Below, one piece after another: positions 1 through 9,723 of a DNA stretch of 64,000 nucleotides. The position numbers and the translations under genes were made by a program. The stretch covers positions 133,499 to 197,498 of the forward strand of contig CAZCCG010000003.1 of the NCBI GenBank assembly GCA_964497535.1. Direction: 5' to 3'. This DNA comes from an uncultured Gammaproteobacteria bacterium. Lineage in GTDB: Bacteria; Patescibacteriota; Microgenomatia; Levybacterales; UBA12049. A model generated the notes under the pieces. That model worked only from the letters and a program-made list of their open reading frames with translations, was not told the DNA's origin and made no database searches. How positions within the stretch are numbered: position 1 is the stretch's first letter; each line of letters opens with the position of its first letter.

Positions 1-753
1 ATTCAGCTATACCAACAAAGTACATTTGACTACAAACATCGTTATACAATTGCTTTCAATACTTCTTCCTCTCAAGCCGTCATTTTTTCCTTTGCACCAG
101 ATACGAAGACAATTTCAGAGCTTACTGTGGACAACAATCCTAACATGAAAACGATTGGGAAAACGCTTCATATTCCGATTGATGCTATTCTCATTTCAAG
201 GGCTCCCAAGAAGTTCCAATCAAATACTATTTCTTCTCAATTACAAGAACTACTATTTCATTATCCCACTTTTGAGGGGAATGCTACTGTTATTGATTTT
301 ATAAAAATGGATCTTTTTTCCAAATCCGTACCCCTTCGCTCTATTACAACAGATACTATTGTGCTTCCTCAAGATGCTACTACTATTGACAAGCTAGTTT
401 CTTCTTTATTTGCGGATGAATCATTTTTACAAGAACAGTCTACTGTTGAAATTGTTAATGCTTCAAGCAAAGCAGGGTTGGGAAATCGTCTTGCGACAGT
501 CCTTACAAATAGCGGAATAAATGTAGTTGCAGTATCAACGGCAGAATCTTCTGCTCAAAATTCGTCAATAACATATTTTATTCCTCAAAATTATACGGTA
601 GGAAAACTGGGAAAGATACTGCACTATTCTTTAAAAGACGAATCTACTCAATCTGAGCCAAATCAAACTGGTACAAGTATTCCCTCCAAAAAGAGAATCT
701 CTGATATAATTATTACTATTGGAGAAAAAGATTCCAATAGTAATCAGTTTTAA
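1..753 (+). CDS. LytR C-terminal domain-containing protein (5' partial)
   Basis: Frame open from base 1; C-terminal VEIVNASSKAGLGNRLATVLTNSGINVV...DIIITIG matches the LytR_C pattern. Confidence 0.7.
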   Translation: MQLYQQSTFDYKHRYTIAFNTSSSQAVIFSFAPDTKTISELTVDNNPNMKTIGKTLHIPIDAILISRAPKKFQSNTISSQLQELLFHYPTFEGNATVIDFIKMDLFSKSVPLRSITTDTIVLPQDATTIDKLVSSLFADESFLQEQSTVEIVNASSKAGLGNRLATVLTNSGINVVAVSTAESSAQNSSITYFIPQNYTVGKLGKILHYSLKDESTQSEPNQTGTSIPSKKRISDIIITIGEKDSNSNQF

Positions 754-757
754 TACT

Positions 758-958
758 ATGCCTTTTATAATAATTATCCTTCTTATTGTAGCTTTTTTAG
801 GAGCTGTATTGTCTTTGCAGGGGATATTAAAAAGCAAACAAATTCATAAAAAGGCTTCAGAGGAACTACAACAGGGGAGGGTACTGTTTCAGGCGCAGCG
901 TGATTATACTGTCTCTTCCGAGGGTGATGACCATAATGGCATCTTGAAGCGGGAATAA
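758..958 (+). CDS. small membrane protein
   Basis: ATG 758 just after upstream stop; N-terminal hydrophobic helix MPFIIIILLIVAFLGAVLSL. Confidence 0.5.
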   Translation: MPFIIIILLIVAFLGAVLSLQGILKSKQIHKKASEELQQGRVLFQAQRDYTVSSEGDDHNGILKRE

Positions 959-1617
959 TCTTTGTGGGGTGTATCGATAGAGCTAAATGAGACCCCTATT
1001 CCAGTAGAAAGAAAAGAGGCTTGATCTTTAAATTTATTAACTCGTTTGGTTTCTTTCACGAAAATAGTGACCTTGTTTACAGCAATACATTTTACATATG
1101 CTTCATAACAATTGCCTCCTGTCAGAAATTTAATTAAGCGGTTTCCAATATTGTCGGGTATCATACCAACATATTGTTTCTGCCAATCTAATACAAAAAC
1201 TTTTGATCTTTTTACGCTCAAAACGAGTTGTTCACCCGTACGCAGAGCAGAAAGAATCTTGGGGCCGGCAACATTTGCTAGATTAATTATCTTTGTTTTC
1301 CCACTTTCTTCCAGAAACATATTTGTAAATTTTTGTGAAGCATGAGATGAGTATTCTTTATTACAATCAGACTGTGTAGTAGTAAGCCGTTTCAGTCCTC
1401 GAAGCGCAATTGGATTTTGTATATCTACTTCCAATACTTTTTCATAGGTTTTTTTTGCCATGTCATGATTTCCGACAATACCATATGCGAATGCAAGGCG
1501 ATTAAGTGTCTCAATATCATCTGGAGTTTCTTTCAGAAGTTCAATGTTTAAATGTATAGCGGTATCCCAATCACCAGTTAACGCAGTTTGAATAGCTTGG
1601 AATTTAGATAAAGTCAT
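904..1617 (-). CDS. TPR-containing protein with possible HIRAN-like C-terminal domain
   Basis: TPR-like helices (DIETLNRLAFAYGIVGNHDMAKKTYEKVLEVDIQNPIA); start chosen at ATG 1617. Confidence 0.7.
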   Translation of the reverse strand: MTLSKFQAIQTALTGDWDTAIHLNIELLKETPDDIETLNRLAFAYGIVGNHDMAKKTYEKVLEVDIQNPIALRGLKRLTTTQSDCNKEYSSHASQKFTNMFLEESGKTKIINLANVAGPKILSALRTGEQLVLSVKRSKVFVLDWQKQYVGMIPDNIGNRLIKFLTGGNCYEAYVKCIAVNKVTIFVKETKRVNKFKDQASFLSTGIGVSFSSIDTPHKDYSRFKMPLWSSPSEETV

Positions 1618-1689
1618 TGTAGGCAGTATGGAGGATATTCTACTCCACTTTATTGCAATTGTCAAGTGATCAAGTGTATAATTATAGGC

Positions 1690-1737
1690 AGCGTTTAGTT
1701 TATAAGCGTTTAGAAACTAATTATAAAACTAAACGCT
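1690..1737. repeat. inverted repeat upstream of yebC
   Basis: agcgtttagttt ... aaactaaacgct arms with an internal second agcgtttag. Confidence 0.5.
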
Positions 1738-1744
1738 CATTGTT

Positions 1745-2500
1745 ATGAGTGGTCATTCAAAATGGACGCAGATTAAACGACAAAAAGGAGTAGCGGATCA
1801 AAAACGTGGTCAGGCTTTTACTAAAATGTCTAACGCTATTACTATTGCTGTAAAAGAAGGGGGAGGGGTTACCGATCCCGAACAAAACTTTAGACTTCGA
1901 CTCGCTATTGAAAAAGCACGAGAGGCAAATATGCCAAAAGCAAATATAGAGCGAGCAATTGAGCGCGGAAAGGGTTTTGGGGAAAAAGGGGAGGAGTTAC
2001 AAGAAGCACTATACGAAGGATTTGGCCCTGGTAATGTTGCTATTTTAGTTGAAGTAACAAGCGACAAACTGATTCGATCCACAGTTGAAGTAAAAAATGT
2101 CTTCTCAAAAAATGGGGGTACACTTGGATCACCTGGTTCGGTGGCATATCAATTTGAAAAAAAAGGGCTGATCACTGTTAGAAAAGGGAATCGTTCCTTT
2201 GATGAGCTATTACTCATTGCAGCAGATGCAGGAGCGGATGATATTGAAGATGCAGATGATCATATTTTTATTTATACCAAACCCGAAGATTTAAATCGGG
2301 TAAAAAACAATTGCAAAGAAAGCGGACTTGAAATTGAAAGCTTTGAATTTGTACGCAAACCAACAACGCTTGTCACTATTGAGAATAAAGAACTTGCAGA
2401 GAAAATATTTTCTTTTATTGACAAAGTTGAAGAATTGGATGATGTACAAAAAGTCTATAGCAATCTCGATATCCCTGATTCCTTGTTACCAATAGAATAA
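1745..2500 (+). CDS. yebC: YebC/PmpR family protein
   Basis: MSGHSKW start, YEGFGPG, DDVQKVYSN motifs. Confidence 0.95.
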   Translation: MSGHSKWTQIKRQKGVADQKRGQAFTKMSNAITIAVKEGGGVTDPEQNFRLRLAIEKAREANMPKANIERAIERGKGFGEKGEELQEALYEGFGPGNVAILVEVTSDKLIRSTVEVKNVFSKNGGTLGSPGSVAYQFEKKGLITVRKGNRSFDELLLIAADAGADDIEDADDHIFIYTKPEDLNRVKNNCKESGLEIESFEFVRKPTTLVTIENKELAEKIFSFIDKVEELDDVQKVYSNLDIPDSLLPIE

Positions 2501-2526
2501 CAGTATGGTATAAAAGCTTCTGTAGT

Positions 2527-3408
2527 ATGTCAAAAATAAGTAGATTTTTTGTAAGACCGGGGAGTAGAGCGCTTCATGGAAACGAAACTGTAAAAGGAGC
2601 ACGAGTGCGTTTTGATAAAATTCTTCTGAATAAAAGACAACGGTTTGTTGGAGCAGTAGCAGTTTTAACCATATTACTTTTCCTATCGGAGAATTTATTA
2701 GGAAGAGCAAGCATTGCATTTGTATTTTTTCTTGCAATACTGACAGATATTTTTTTGGCCGTTTCCATTTATAAAGATCTGAAAGAGAATTTTTCAATTC
2801 AAGCTTTTATTCTCCCATTCCTTTTTACTCTTTCTTCAGGACTTTTCTATTTTGACTTTCCTCCAAGACAGATATTTCGCATATTTCTTGCAGTTTTATA
2901 TGCGGTTGGCTTATATTCTCTGTTTCTTGCAGAAAATATTTTTATTGTTGCTTCAATGAGAACAATAGCCCTTCTTTCAAGCGCGCGTATTGTTGCTTTT
3001 ATTATTTCTTTATTATCATTTCTTTTTTTAACATATACTATTTTTACACTTCGATTACCCGTATATGCGACAGCGCTTTTGATTTTACTCGAGTCATTTC
3101 TTTTTATTATTCCGGCTTTGTGGACTATAACTCTAGAAAGAGAGATACGTAGTTATATAACATGGGCATTTGTTTTGGGATTAGGTTTGGCGGAGTTAGG
3201 ATTGGTACTTAGTTTTTGGCCCAATAGCAGTTTATGGCCTGAAAAACCGGTATTTGTCACGCTGTTTTTATCAGGATATTTTTATATACTTGTTGCCATA
3301 TCTCAAATTTGGCTCAGCCGTCGACTTTTCAGGGGAGCACTGTGGGAGTACCTATGGGTTGGGGTTTTTGTATTGGCAGTTCTCATTTTGTTTACTTCAT
3401 GGGGATAA
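2527..3408 (+). CDS. polytopic membrane protein of unknown function
   Basis: 293 aa ORF with about 9 hydrophobic segments. Confidence 0.75.
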   Translation: MSKISRFFVRPGSRALHGNETVKGARVRFDKILLNKRQRFVGAVAVLTILLFLSENLLGRASIAFVFFLAILTDIFLAVSIYKDLKENFSIQAFILPFLFTLSSGLFYFDFPPRQIFRIFLAVLYAVGLYSLFLAENIFIVASMRTIALLSSARIVAFIISLLSFLFLTYTIFTLRLPVYATALLILLESFLFIIPALWTITLEREIRSYITWAFVLGLGLAELGLVLSFWPNSSLWPEKPVFVTLFLSGYFYILVAISQIWLSRRLFRGALWEYLWVGVFVLAVLILFTSWG

Positions 3409-4001
3409 TGGTAGATAAAAATTGTAACTTCATCGTTTTTTTATTAGTACATTTTGGGGTGAAGTAGAGGAGAGGGGAATCGAGGGGGTACAAAATAGCA
3501 AAAAATACTATAGGCATGTAAGAAGAGTTATTATATAGATTGATATAGTTCGCATATAATTATAGGATATATTTGTGGATAACTATTTGGTTTTCACGAT
3601 ATCTAGGCCTCACTTTTCACAGCTCTCCAAGATAGAATCTCATATGTTTGTACGTCTTGCGCTAGTAGGAAGACAGATAGGCACTCTCATGTTCCGGGGA
3701 GGGTGCTCTTCTAGCCTCTATATCCTCTGAAATGAAGAAAATACGAAAACTATTTTTATGATTTTTCGAGGCTAAAATATAGCGTTTAGACTGATATATC
3801 AATCTAAATTATCGTCTGCTTAAAATGCCGGGGAGGGTACTTCGGGAATTGTAGGGGTATAGAAATATGGTTGTACACGGTCGTAGTCTAGAGCAGAGAG
3901 AGTACATTCTTATGGAAGTGAATGCATATATTGATTCTCTCATCCGTTGTCTGGTTGTAATACAATTACGACGTGATAACCCAGCGGGAGCTCGGATAAT
4001 C

Positions 4002-4029
4002 ATGTCGCACAATAATACTTTTGCGACGT
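4002..4029. other. candidate dif site (Xer recombination site)
   Basis: ATGTCGCACAA-TAATAC-TTTTGCGACGT: 11-6-11 layout, arms 9/11 inverted match, CGCAcAA resembles dif XerC arm CGCATAA; in a long intergenic gap between convergent gene blocks. Confidence 0.65.
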
Positions 4030-4371
4030 CACGGATGGGCTTTGAGAGAAGTGGTACTATTTCTTCTTTTGTCTCTTATTCCCTCTTTTTTTATTTTTTT
4101 ACCATCAGGTTTGTATAGGTATTGTTATATATTCTCCTATTAAGATAAAAACCTTAAAAATTCCTTGTCCCCTACTATGGGCTTTGATTACGCTCATAGA
4201 ATTGAATTTGTGCTTCTCTGCCCGTTTTTCAAATGGGGAAGATGTAGTTTGTTATATGCTGCCTAAAAACCGACGCCCTACGATTCGATTTTAGCCCCCT
4301 GTTTTTTAAAAGACCTATCAATAGTCATCTTTGTCGTGGTAGCTATTTAAAACTCAAAGTAATTGGTAGTC

Positions 4372-5736
4372 TTAGTGAAGAATACAGAGGGTATATGGAG
4401 GTTGTTGTGTTGAATCATCAAAAATTTTTTCATTATTTTCAAGTGCTTGCAGAATTTGTATATATCGATAAAAGGCAGCATTTGTCCACCCAAATCCTTT
4501 TTGAGTTTTATAATAATAATCTCCGGTTTTGTCACCAGTAGTTCCATCAATTTTTTCATAGAACGTTTGATATTTTCTATAGATGGCTGCATGGGCAGCG
4601 ATTGATTTTTTCATAATCCGCGTCGCAGAATCTAGAAAGCCATACTTGAGTAGTCCAATAACTGTTATATATTCCATAGGCGACCAAATATTTGGATAAT
4701 CCCATTGCTTTGGATCAATAATTTCATGGATTGCAGGATGGTATCTTTTTTGAATTGTTGATAAGTCTATTGGTTTTGCAAGTGATTCACGTGCCGTAAT
4801 TGCCAGGCCATAGTTAGTCTCAAATTTTTCTATTTTTTGTACCATACGGTTTGCTTGTTCAGCTGTCGCAATTCCTGCCCACATTGGAGTAAATCCCCCC
4901 AGTGATAGGAATTCGCTTTGAGCTTTAAAACTATAGCCATAATCATAAAAAAACCCTTCTTTTTCATTCCACATGTATTTGTTAATCTCAGCTTTCCGGT
5001 TCTTTGCTGCTTCTTCCCAATACTTCTGGTCGCCGTCTTCATTAAAGAGCGGTGCTACAAATGCAAAATCCTTTTCATACTTATACAGATATACATTTAA
5101 ATCTATGGGAAGAAAATCACTACATCTGTTATAAAATCGTGATGTCATATCCCAGCCTGATTCCAATTCTGCCGAGTGGGAATATCCTACGTCACGGTCG
5201 CCATATTTAGACAGACTGTATCCTTCAACTTTATGGTTATATCCCCCATCAATATCGAGCCAAACCATTAAGTATTCTTTTTTTGCTACCTCAATGGCAT
5301 TTCTCAGCCATAGTTTATTCTGATAATTATGAAGCTGAGGTAATAATTTTGCCAGGTTTGCTTTTACGATATTATGGGCGTGGGGAGTGGTAAAAACATC
5401 GAGTATCATCGAAGTAAGAAATGGTGGTTGAGAACGATTTGACCGCCCGTGGTCATTGGAGTTTGGGATGACATCATAGGTATTAAAAAGGTATATGAAA
5501 TTATCAACCATATATTTCATAATTCGTGCCCGTTTCGTACCCATGATACCTTTAAACATGAAATAGGTATCCCAATAAAAAATTGTATTATAAAAACTAT
5601 TATTTGGGGTAATAAAAGGATAGGGAATCATGATCATTTTCCGCGCGATTTTCCTGCGAGCCGGTTTATGGATGATTTCATCCCAATAAGAATCAATATA
5701 ATCCAGACAATCTTTGTATTCTTCTAAATAATTCAT
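4372..5736 (-). CDS. trehalase (GH37 family)
   Basis: FYWDTYF, RSQPPFL, ESGWDMTSR, QWDYPNIWSP, GFGWTN motifs. Confidence 0.92.
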   Translation of the reverse strand: MNYLEEYKDCLDYIDSYWDEIIHKPARRKIARKMIMIPYPFITPNNSFYNTIFYWDTYFMFKGIMGTKRARIMKYMVDNFIYLFNTYDVIPNSNDHGRSNRSQPPFLTSMILDVFTTPHAHNIVKANLAKLLPQLHNYQNKLWLRNAIEVAKKEYLMVWLDIDGGYNHKVEGYSLSKYGDRDVGYSHSAELESGWDMTSRFYNRCSDFLPIDLNVYLYKYEKDFAFVAPLFNEDGDQKYWEEAAKNRKAEINKYMWNEKEGFFYDYGYSFKAQSEFLSLGGFTPMWAGIATAEQANRMVQKIEKFETNYGLAITARESLAKPIDLSTIQKRYHPAIHEIIDPKQWDYPNIWSPMEYITVIGLLKYGFLDSATRIMKKSIAAHAAIYRKYQTFYEKIDGTTGDKTGDYYYKTQKGFGWTNAAFYRYIQILQALENNEKIFDDSTQQPPYTLCILH

Positions 5737-5741
5737 AAGTC

Positions 5742-5846
5742 CGATACTAATATACTATTTCATACGAATTATACAAATTTATAGTAGTATCTATTGGTTA
5801 TAAAAGTTTATCCGTATGATTAGTATTCATTCGTATATTTGTATCG
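5742..5846. repeat. MITE-like element with 37-bp imperfect terminal inverted repeats (copy 1)
   Basis: Arms 5742-5778 and 5810-5846 built of atacNaat units; sister copy at 8798-8907. Confidence 0.65.
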
Positions 5847-5871
5847 TTTATAAAGGAATTTAAAATGTAGG

Positions 5872-6783
5872 TTATTGTATTATTGAATCCCAATCCTGTG
5901 CAAATTTCACAATTCCTGTTTGGGAAAGTTCATGGGAAATATCAATTTTTTTTGTTTCCACAGCATTCATAAATGTCTTCAACGAATCAATAGCCATGAG
6001 TTCTTGTGGCGGGTTCCAATAGTCGATAGCTTTGAGATTGGTTTCGGCAGAAGCCTTTGGCATAGAATTGGCGAACCATTCACGGTATAATTTTGCAGGA
6101 ATTGTTATGAGTTCTGTTTTTGCTTCAATTCCTTCCTGGATATGAGAGAGGCTGCGTACAGAAGCTTCCAACATCCACAAGGCTACCGGAGTTGCAGGTA
6201 AATCCAGAAAAAATTCTTTTTTTATTTTCATACCATTTCTCACCAAATCTATACCATTTTCTCCCCTGTCATCAAGCCGTCCAACAAAAGGCGAGATAAA
6301 TGGCGGCCAGGGATCATTTGTTGGTCCATATGCCTTCTGGACTAGTTTTTCATGGAGACATATGGCAAAAATTTGTTGCTCTGAAAAAACAAGTGTGTTA
6401 TTAATAGGGATATGATTTTTTCGCAAGGCGGTTCGGGCCTTAAACCCTTCCAGATTGGTGGGGAGTTTTACCACAACTCTTCTATTCCAGCCGGCTATTT
6501 CTCTCCCCTGCTCAATCATTTGGTCTGCAGTAGTTTTTTCATTCGCATATACTTCACATGATACAGCTCCCGGTACAATATCCAGAATCTCAAGAACTAT
6601 TTTTTTTTGCAAATCAAACGCTTCCTGCATGGAGACTTTTTTACCGGCCAGCTTTTTAGCGATAAGAGTAGGATTGGTTGTTGATCCCCACAGTTGTGAT
6701 CCATGAGTTTTGGCAAGCTCTGAAATTTCACGATATTCGTCAGGGTCACCGCTATCAAGGATAAATTTGGTTGTAGCCTCCAT
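5872..6783 (-). CDS. tal: transaldolase family protein
   Basis: FILDSGD, TTNPTL, VVVKLP (Schiff-base Lys), ISPFVGRLDD. Confidence 0.88.
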   Translation of the reverse strand: MEATTKFILDSGDPDEYREISELAKTHGSQLWGSTTNPTLIAKKLAGKKVSMQEAFDLQKKIVLEILDIVPGAVSCEVYANEKTTADQMIEQGREIAGWNRRVVVKLPTNLEGFKARTALRKNHIPINNTLVFSEQQIFAICLHEKLVQKAYGPTNDPWPPFISPFVGRLDDRGENGIDLVRNGMKIKKEFFLDLPATPVALWMLEASVRSLSHIQEGIEAKTELITIPAKLYREWFANSMPKASAETNLKAIDYWNPPQELMAIDSLKTFMNAVETKKIDISHELSQTGIVKFAQDWDSIIQ

Positions 6784-6854
6784 ATGTTTATTGTAAATCT
6801 TTTTAAAGTATTGTCAATGTAAGCACTGTAATAAAAACGTGTATAATAGAACGT

Positions 6855-7463
6855 ATGAAGCAGATTAAGTTGATCTTAGTGCTTATTCTTATTGTTTTTG
6901 GAGTCATGGTTTTTATTCTGGGTATGCAGTCACTCAAAGACTTTTTCAACTCAGGATTTAGCTTTAATACCAGTAAGACTACCGTTATTAAGCAAATTCG
7001 CGGTTTAAATAAGCTTGAAACGGCATCATTTACGATTGAGAAAGTGATAGATGGTGGAACTTCAGGAAACCAATTTCAACAGTTATTGTTTGGGGATCGC
7101 ATCCTTCTTATTGCTCATGGTGAAGTTATTGCTGGAGTTGATCTATCAAAACTCAAAAACTCCGATGTGATAGTTGAGGGTAATACCGTAAAGCTCATAT
7201 TGCCCAAACCCGAGATACTGGTAACCAGGCTCGATAATGATCAGACTCGAGTATATGATAGAAGTACGGGGTTATTGAATCGCGGAGATAAAGATTTAGA
7301 ATCCAAAGCGCGAGAAACCGCGGAACAACAGATTAAAGGGGCTGCATGCACGGGAAATATCTTGAATATAGCCGCAGAGAATGCACGAAAACAACTTACT
7401 GCCCTATTTAAAGCAGCAGGGTTTACAACAGTTATTATTGATATCCCACAAGGGAGTTGCTAA
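6855..7463 (+). CDS. DUF4230 domain-containing membrane-anchored protein
   Basis: N-terminal TM, GEVIAGVDLSKL, LPKPEI motifs. Confidence 0.8.
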   Translation: MKQIKLILVLILIVFGVMVFILGMQSLKDFFNSGFSFNTSKTTVIKQIRGLNKLETASFTIEKVIDGGTSGNQFQQLLFGDRILLIAHGEVIAGVDLSKLKNSDVIVEGNTVKLILPKPEILVTRLDNDQTRVYDRSTGLLNRGDKDLESKARETAEQQIKGAACTGNILNIAAENARKQLTALFKAAGFTTVIIDIPQGSC

Positions 7464-7797
7464 ATAGAGAAAACTCTATTATTAGTAATATGACAATAAG
7501 AAGTAATGCAATAATTATGTATAAAACTCCAACTATTAGTCCCAAACCACCTAAATATCGAATTTTACTGCCTGGTAAAAACCCATCAGCTGGGCTTGGA
7601 GGGAAATCCCAAAGAAAATCGGAATACATTTTGCTAGGGTCATTCGTATAAAAAAATCCTTTTTTCCTATGCTTTGTATTTCTTTCTTGGATATTAGTAA
7701 TACCGATCCATATGATATATATGGCGAGTGGGCCAAACACTAACAGTGGTAATATCCATCTCCAATTATCTGAGCCATCCATAAGTAAAGTATACAT
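7435..7797 (-). CDS. hypothetical 2-TM membrane protein
   Basis: 120 aa ORF with two hydrophobic segments. Confidence 0.55.
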   Translation of the reverse strand: MYTLLMDGSDNWRWILPLLVFGPLAIYIIWIGITNIQERNTKHRKKGFFYTNDPSKMYSDFLWDFPPSPADGFLPGSKIRYLGGLGLIVGVLYIIIALLLIVILLIIEFSLFSNSLVGYQ

Positions 7798-7846
7798 CTA
7801 AATGATCTCATTTGACATTTATTAACTGACGTCGCAAAATATAAGT

Positions 7847-8788
7847 ATGACCACTTCCCTACCCGATCTTATACAACAATTCCTGGAATATTTAGAAATA
7901 GAAAAAAATTGTTCCAAATTAACAATTCGGGATTACCGGCATTATCTTGAAACCTTTTATGAGTGGTATGCAGATAAGCACAAAAATCAGTCAATTGAAA
8001 AACTAAATTTGGATATAGTCAGAAGATACCGGGTTTATTTAGCCAATCGAGTTGACAGCCATGGAATGACCCTCAAACGAGTAACTCAAAATTATTATGT
8101 TATTGCACTTCGTTCATTTCTCAAGTATCTGATTAAAAACGATATAGAAACGCTTGAACCAACCAAAATTGATTTACCCAAAACAGAAAGCAGGTCTTTA
8201 AAGTTTTTGGAACGGCATCAGATAGATCAGCTGGTGACAAGTGTGGATACGTCTAAAGAAGAAGGAATTCGGGATCGAACCATTTTGGAACTTCTCTTTT
8301 CTACGGGGTTACGCGTATCAGAACTAGTAAGTTTGAATAGAGATCAAATTAATTTAGACCGGAGGGAGTTTGGTATTATTGGAAAAGGACGTAAAATCAG
8401 GATTGTCTTTGTTTCAGACCGCGCCTCTGAATGGATCCAGATGTATCTGAATGCTCGTAGTGATACTCATAAGCCATTATTTATTCGTTACAGTGGCAGA
8501 CAAATTGCTGAAAATGATGGTGAAAAGATGAGGCTTACTCCCCGGAGTGTTGAACGAGCCGTTAAAAAGTATGTACAGCTTGCTAGATTGCCCGTTGATG
8601 CAACCGTCCATACGTTGCGGCATTCGTTTGCTACCGATCTATTGACCAATGGAGCAGATTTACGTTCTGTTCAGGAAATGCTTGGACATAAAAATATTGC
8701 AACGACTCAGATCTATACTCATATAACCAATAAACAATTGCGAGAGGTACATGAAGCATTCCACTCCGGAAACAAAAATAAAGATTAG
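7847..8788 (+). CDS. xerC: Xer-family tyrosine recombinase
   Basis: STGLRVSEL, HTLRHSFAT, LGHKNIATTQIYTH catalytic motifs; no integron-integrase insertion. Confidence 0.92.
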   Translation: MTTSLPDLIQQFLEYLEIEKNCSKLTIRDYRHYLETFYEWYADKHKNQSIEKLNLDIVRRYRVYLANRVDSHGMTLKRVTQNYYVIALRSFLKYLIKNDIETLEPTKIDLPKTESRSLKFLERHQIDQLVTSVDTSKEEGIRDRTILELLFSTGLRVSELVSLNRDQINLDRREFGIIGKGRKIRIVFVSDRASEWIQMYLNARSDTHKPLFIRYSGRQIAENDGEKMRLTPRSVERAVKKYVQLARLPVDATVHTLRHSFATDLLTNGADLRSVQEMLGHKNIATTQIYTHITNKQLREVHEAFHSGNKNKD

Positions 8789-8797
8789 ATAAAACCT

Positions 8798-8907
8798 CGA
8801 TTCTAATATACAAATTAATACTAATTATACGAATGAACCTACTCGGTTCAGATAAAAGTTGGAAAGTAAGATCTGTAGCATTCGTATTGATTGGTATATT
8901 AGTATCG
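8798..8907. repeat. MITE-like element with 37-bp imperfect terminal inverted repeats (copy 2)
   Basis: Arms 8798-8834 and 8871-8907 with the same unit structure as 5742-5846. Confidence 0.65.
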
Positions 8908-8911
8908 GGGA

Positions 8912-9691
8912 CTATTGGATTTCGTAGGAAAGGGAGACGCTGACAGTTATGGTATTTTCTCCGGGATTGAGATTCGTGCTGGTATCGGCAGTTGTATTCT
9001 CAGCCTTCATCGTTGTAGCTCCTTGTGCATATGGGATCTGATTAGAATTTTCATAGATACTGATAATTTTCCCCAAACTCACTCCTGCAGCTTGTGCAGT
9101 TTGTTCTGCTTGCTTTTTCGCATTTTGGATTGCTTGTATCCGCGCTTTTTGTTGGGCGGCTTCCCGTGCCGCATCATCCAGGACAAAATTTGGTCCATAG
9201 ACCTGGTTGGCTCCATCGCCGGTTGCCGTATCAAGAGCCTTATTTGCCAAATCTACGGTTTTTGCTTTTACTTGTATTGAGGTATTTCCAGTATAGCCAA
9301 TAATTTGGGTGGGTTTATTCGCTCCGGGTCCATCCAGTGGTGTGATACCACGATCATTATACTGAGGGGTAATGCTGAAGTTGGATGTCTGGATATCTTT
9401 TTCCAAAATTCCAAGGCTGATTAAATCCTGAGTTACTTTATTGACAATGATATTCATTTGATCTTTTACATCTTGTTCTGAGGTACCAGTTTTAGTCACA
9501 TTGATAGAAATACTTGCTTCTGTTGGCGTTGCGGTAGCTTTACCGGTACCAGTAACCGTAAAAAGGTTATTGTTATTTGTTTGGATGCTGTTAATAGAAA
9601 ATGGAATCGGTCCGGCAATTTTAAAATACAGAAAGAATCCCACAAAAAGAAATACTGCGGTAAAAAAAGGTATTCTTAAATCTCGCAACAT
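8912..9691 (-). CDS. SIMPL (DUF541) domain protein
   Basis: N-terminal TM, VTGTGKA, IQTSNFSITPQY, AIQNAKKQA, LNPGENTITVSV. Confidence 0.88.
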   Translation of the reverse strand: MLRDLRIPFFTAVFLFVGFFLYFKIAGPIPFSINSIQTNNNNLFTVTGTGKATATPTEASISINVTKTGTSEQDVKDQMNIIVNKVTQDLISLGILEKDIQTSNFSITPQYNDRGITPLDGPGANKPTQIIGYTGNTSIQVKAKTVDLANKALDTATGDGANQVYGPNFVLDDAAREAAQQKARIQAIQNAKKQAEQTAQAAGVSLGKIISIYENSNQIPYAQGATTMKAENTTADTSTNLNPGENTITVSVSLSYEIQ

Positions 9692-9723
9692 ACAATAATA
9701 GTAAGGGATGCTTGAGTATCCTG

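Noticed and set aside
3574-3582. Perfect DnaA box (TGTGGATAA) suggesting oriC
   Set aside because: Single box, no cluster and no dnaA; convergent genes, KOPS-like polarity and a dif-like site favour a terminus
3783-3810. Second 11-6-11-like palindrome (tttagactg atatat caatctaaa)
   Set aside because: Arms do not resemble dif and have no match in the xer promoter; 4002-4029 is the better candidate
3809-4118. Short ORFs on both strands in the gap
   Set aside because: No recognisable motifs and they overlap the candidate dif site
7847-8788. Integron integrase or prophage integrase
   Set aside because: Housekeeping Xer-like sequence, no IntI insertion, no attC array or phage genes adjacent
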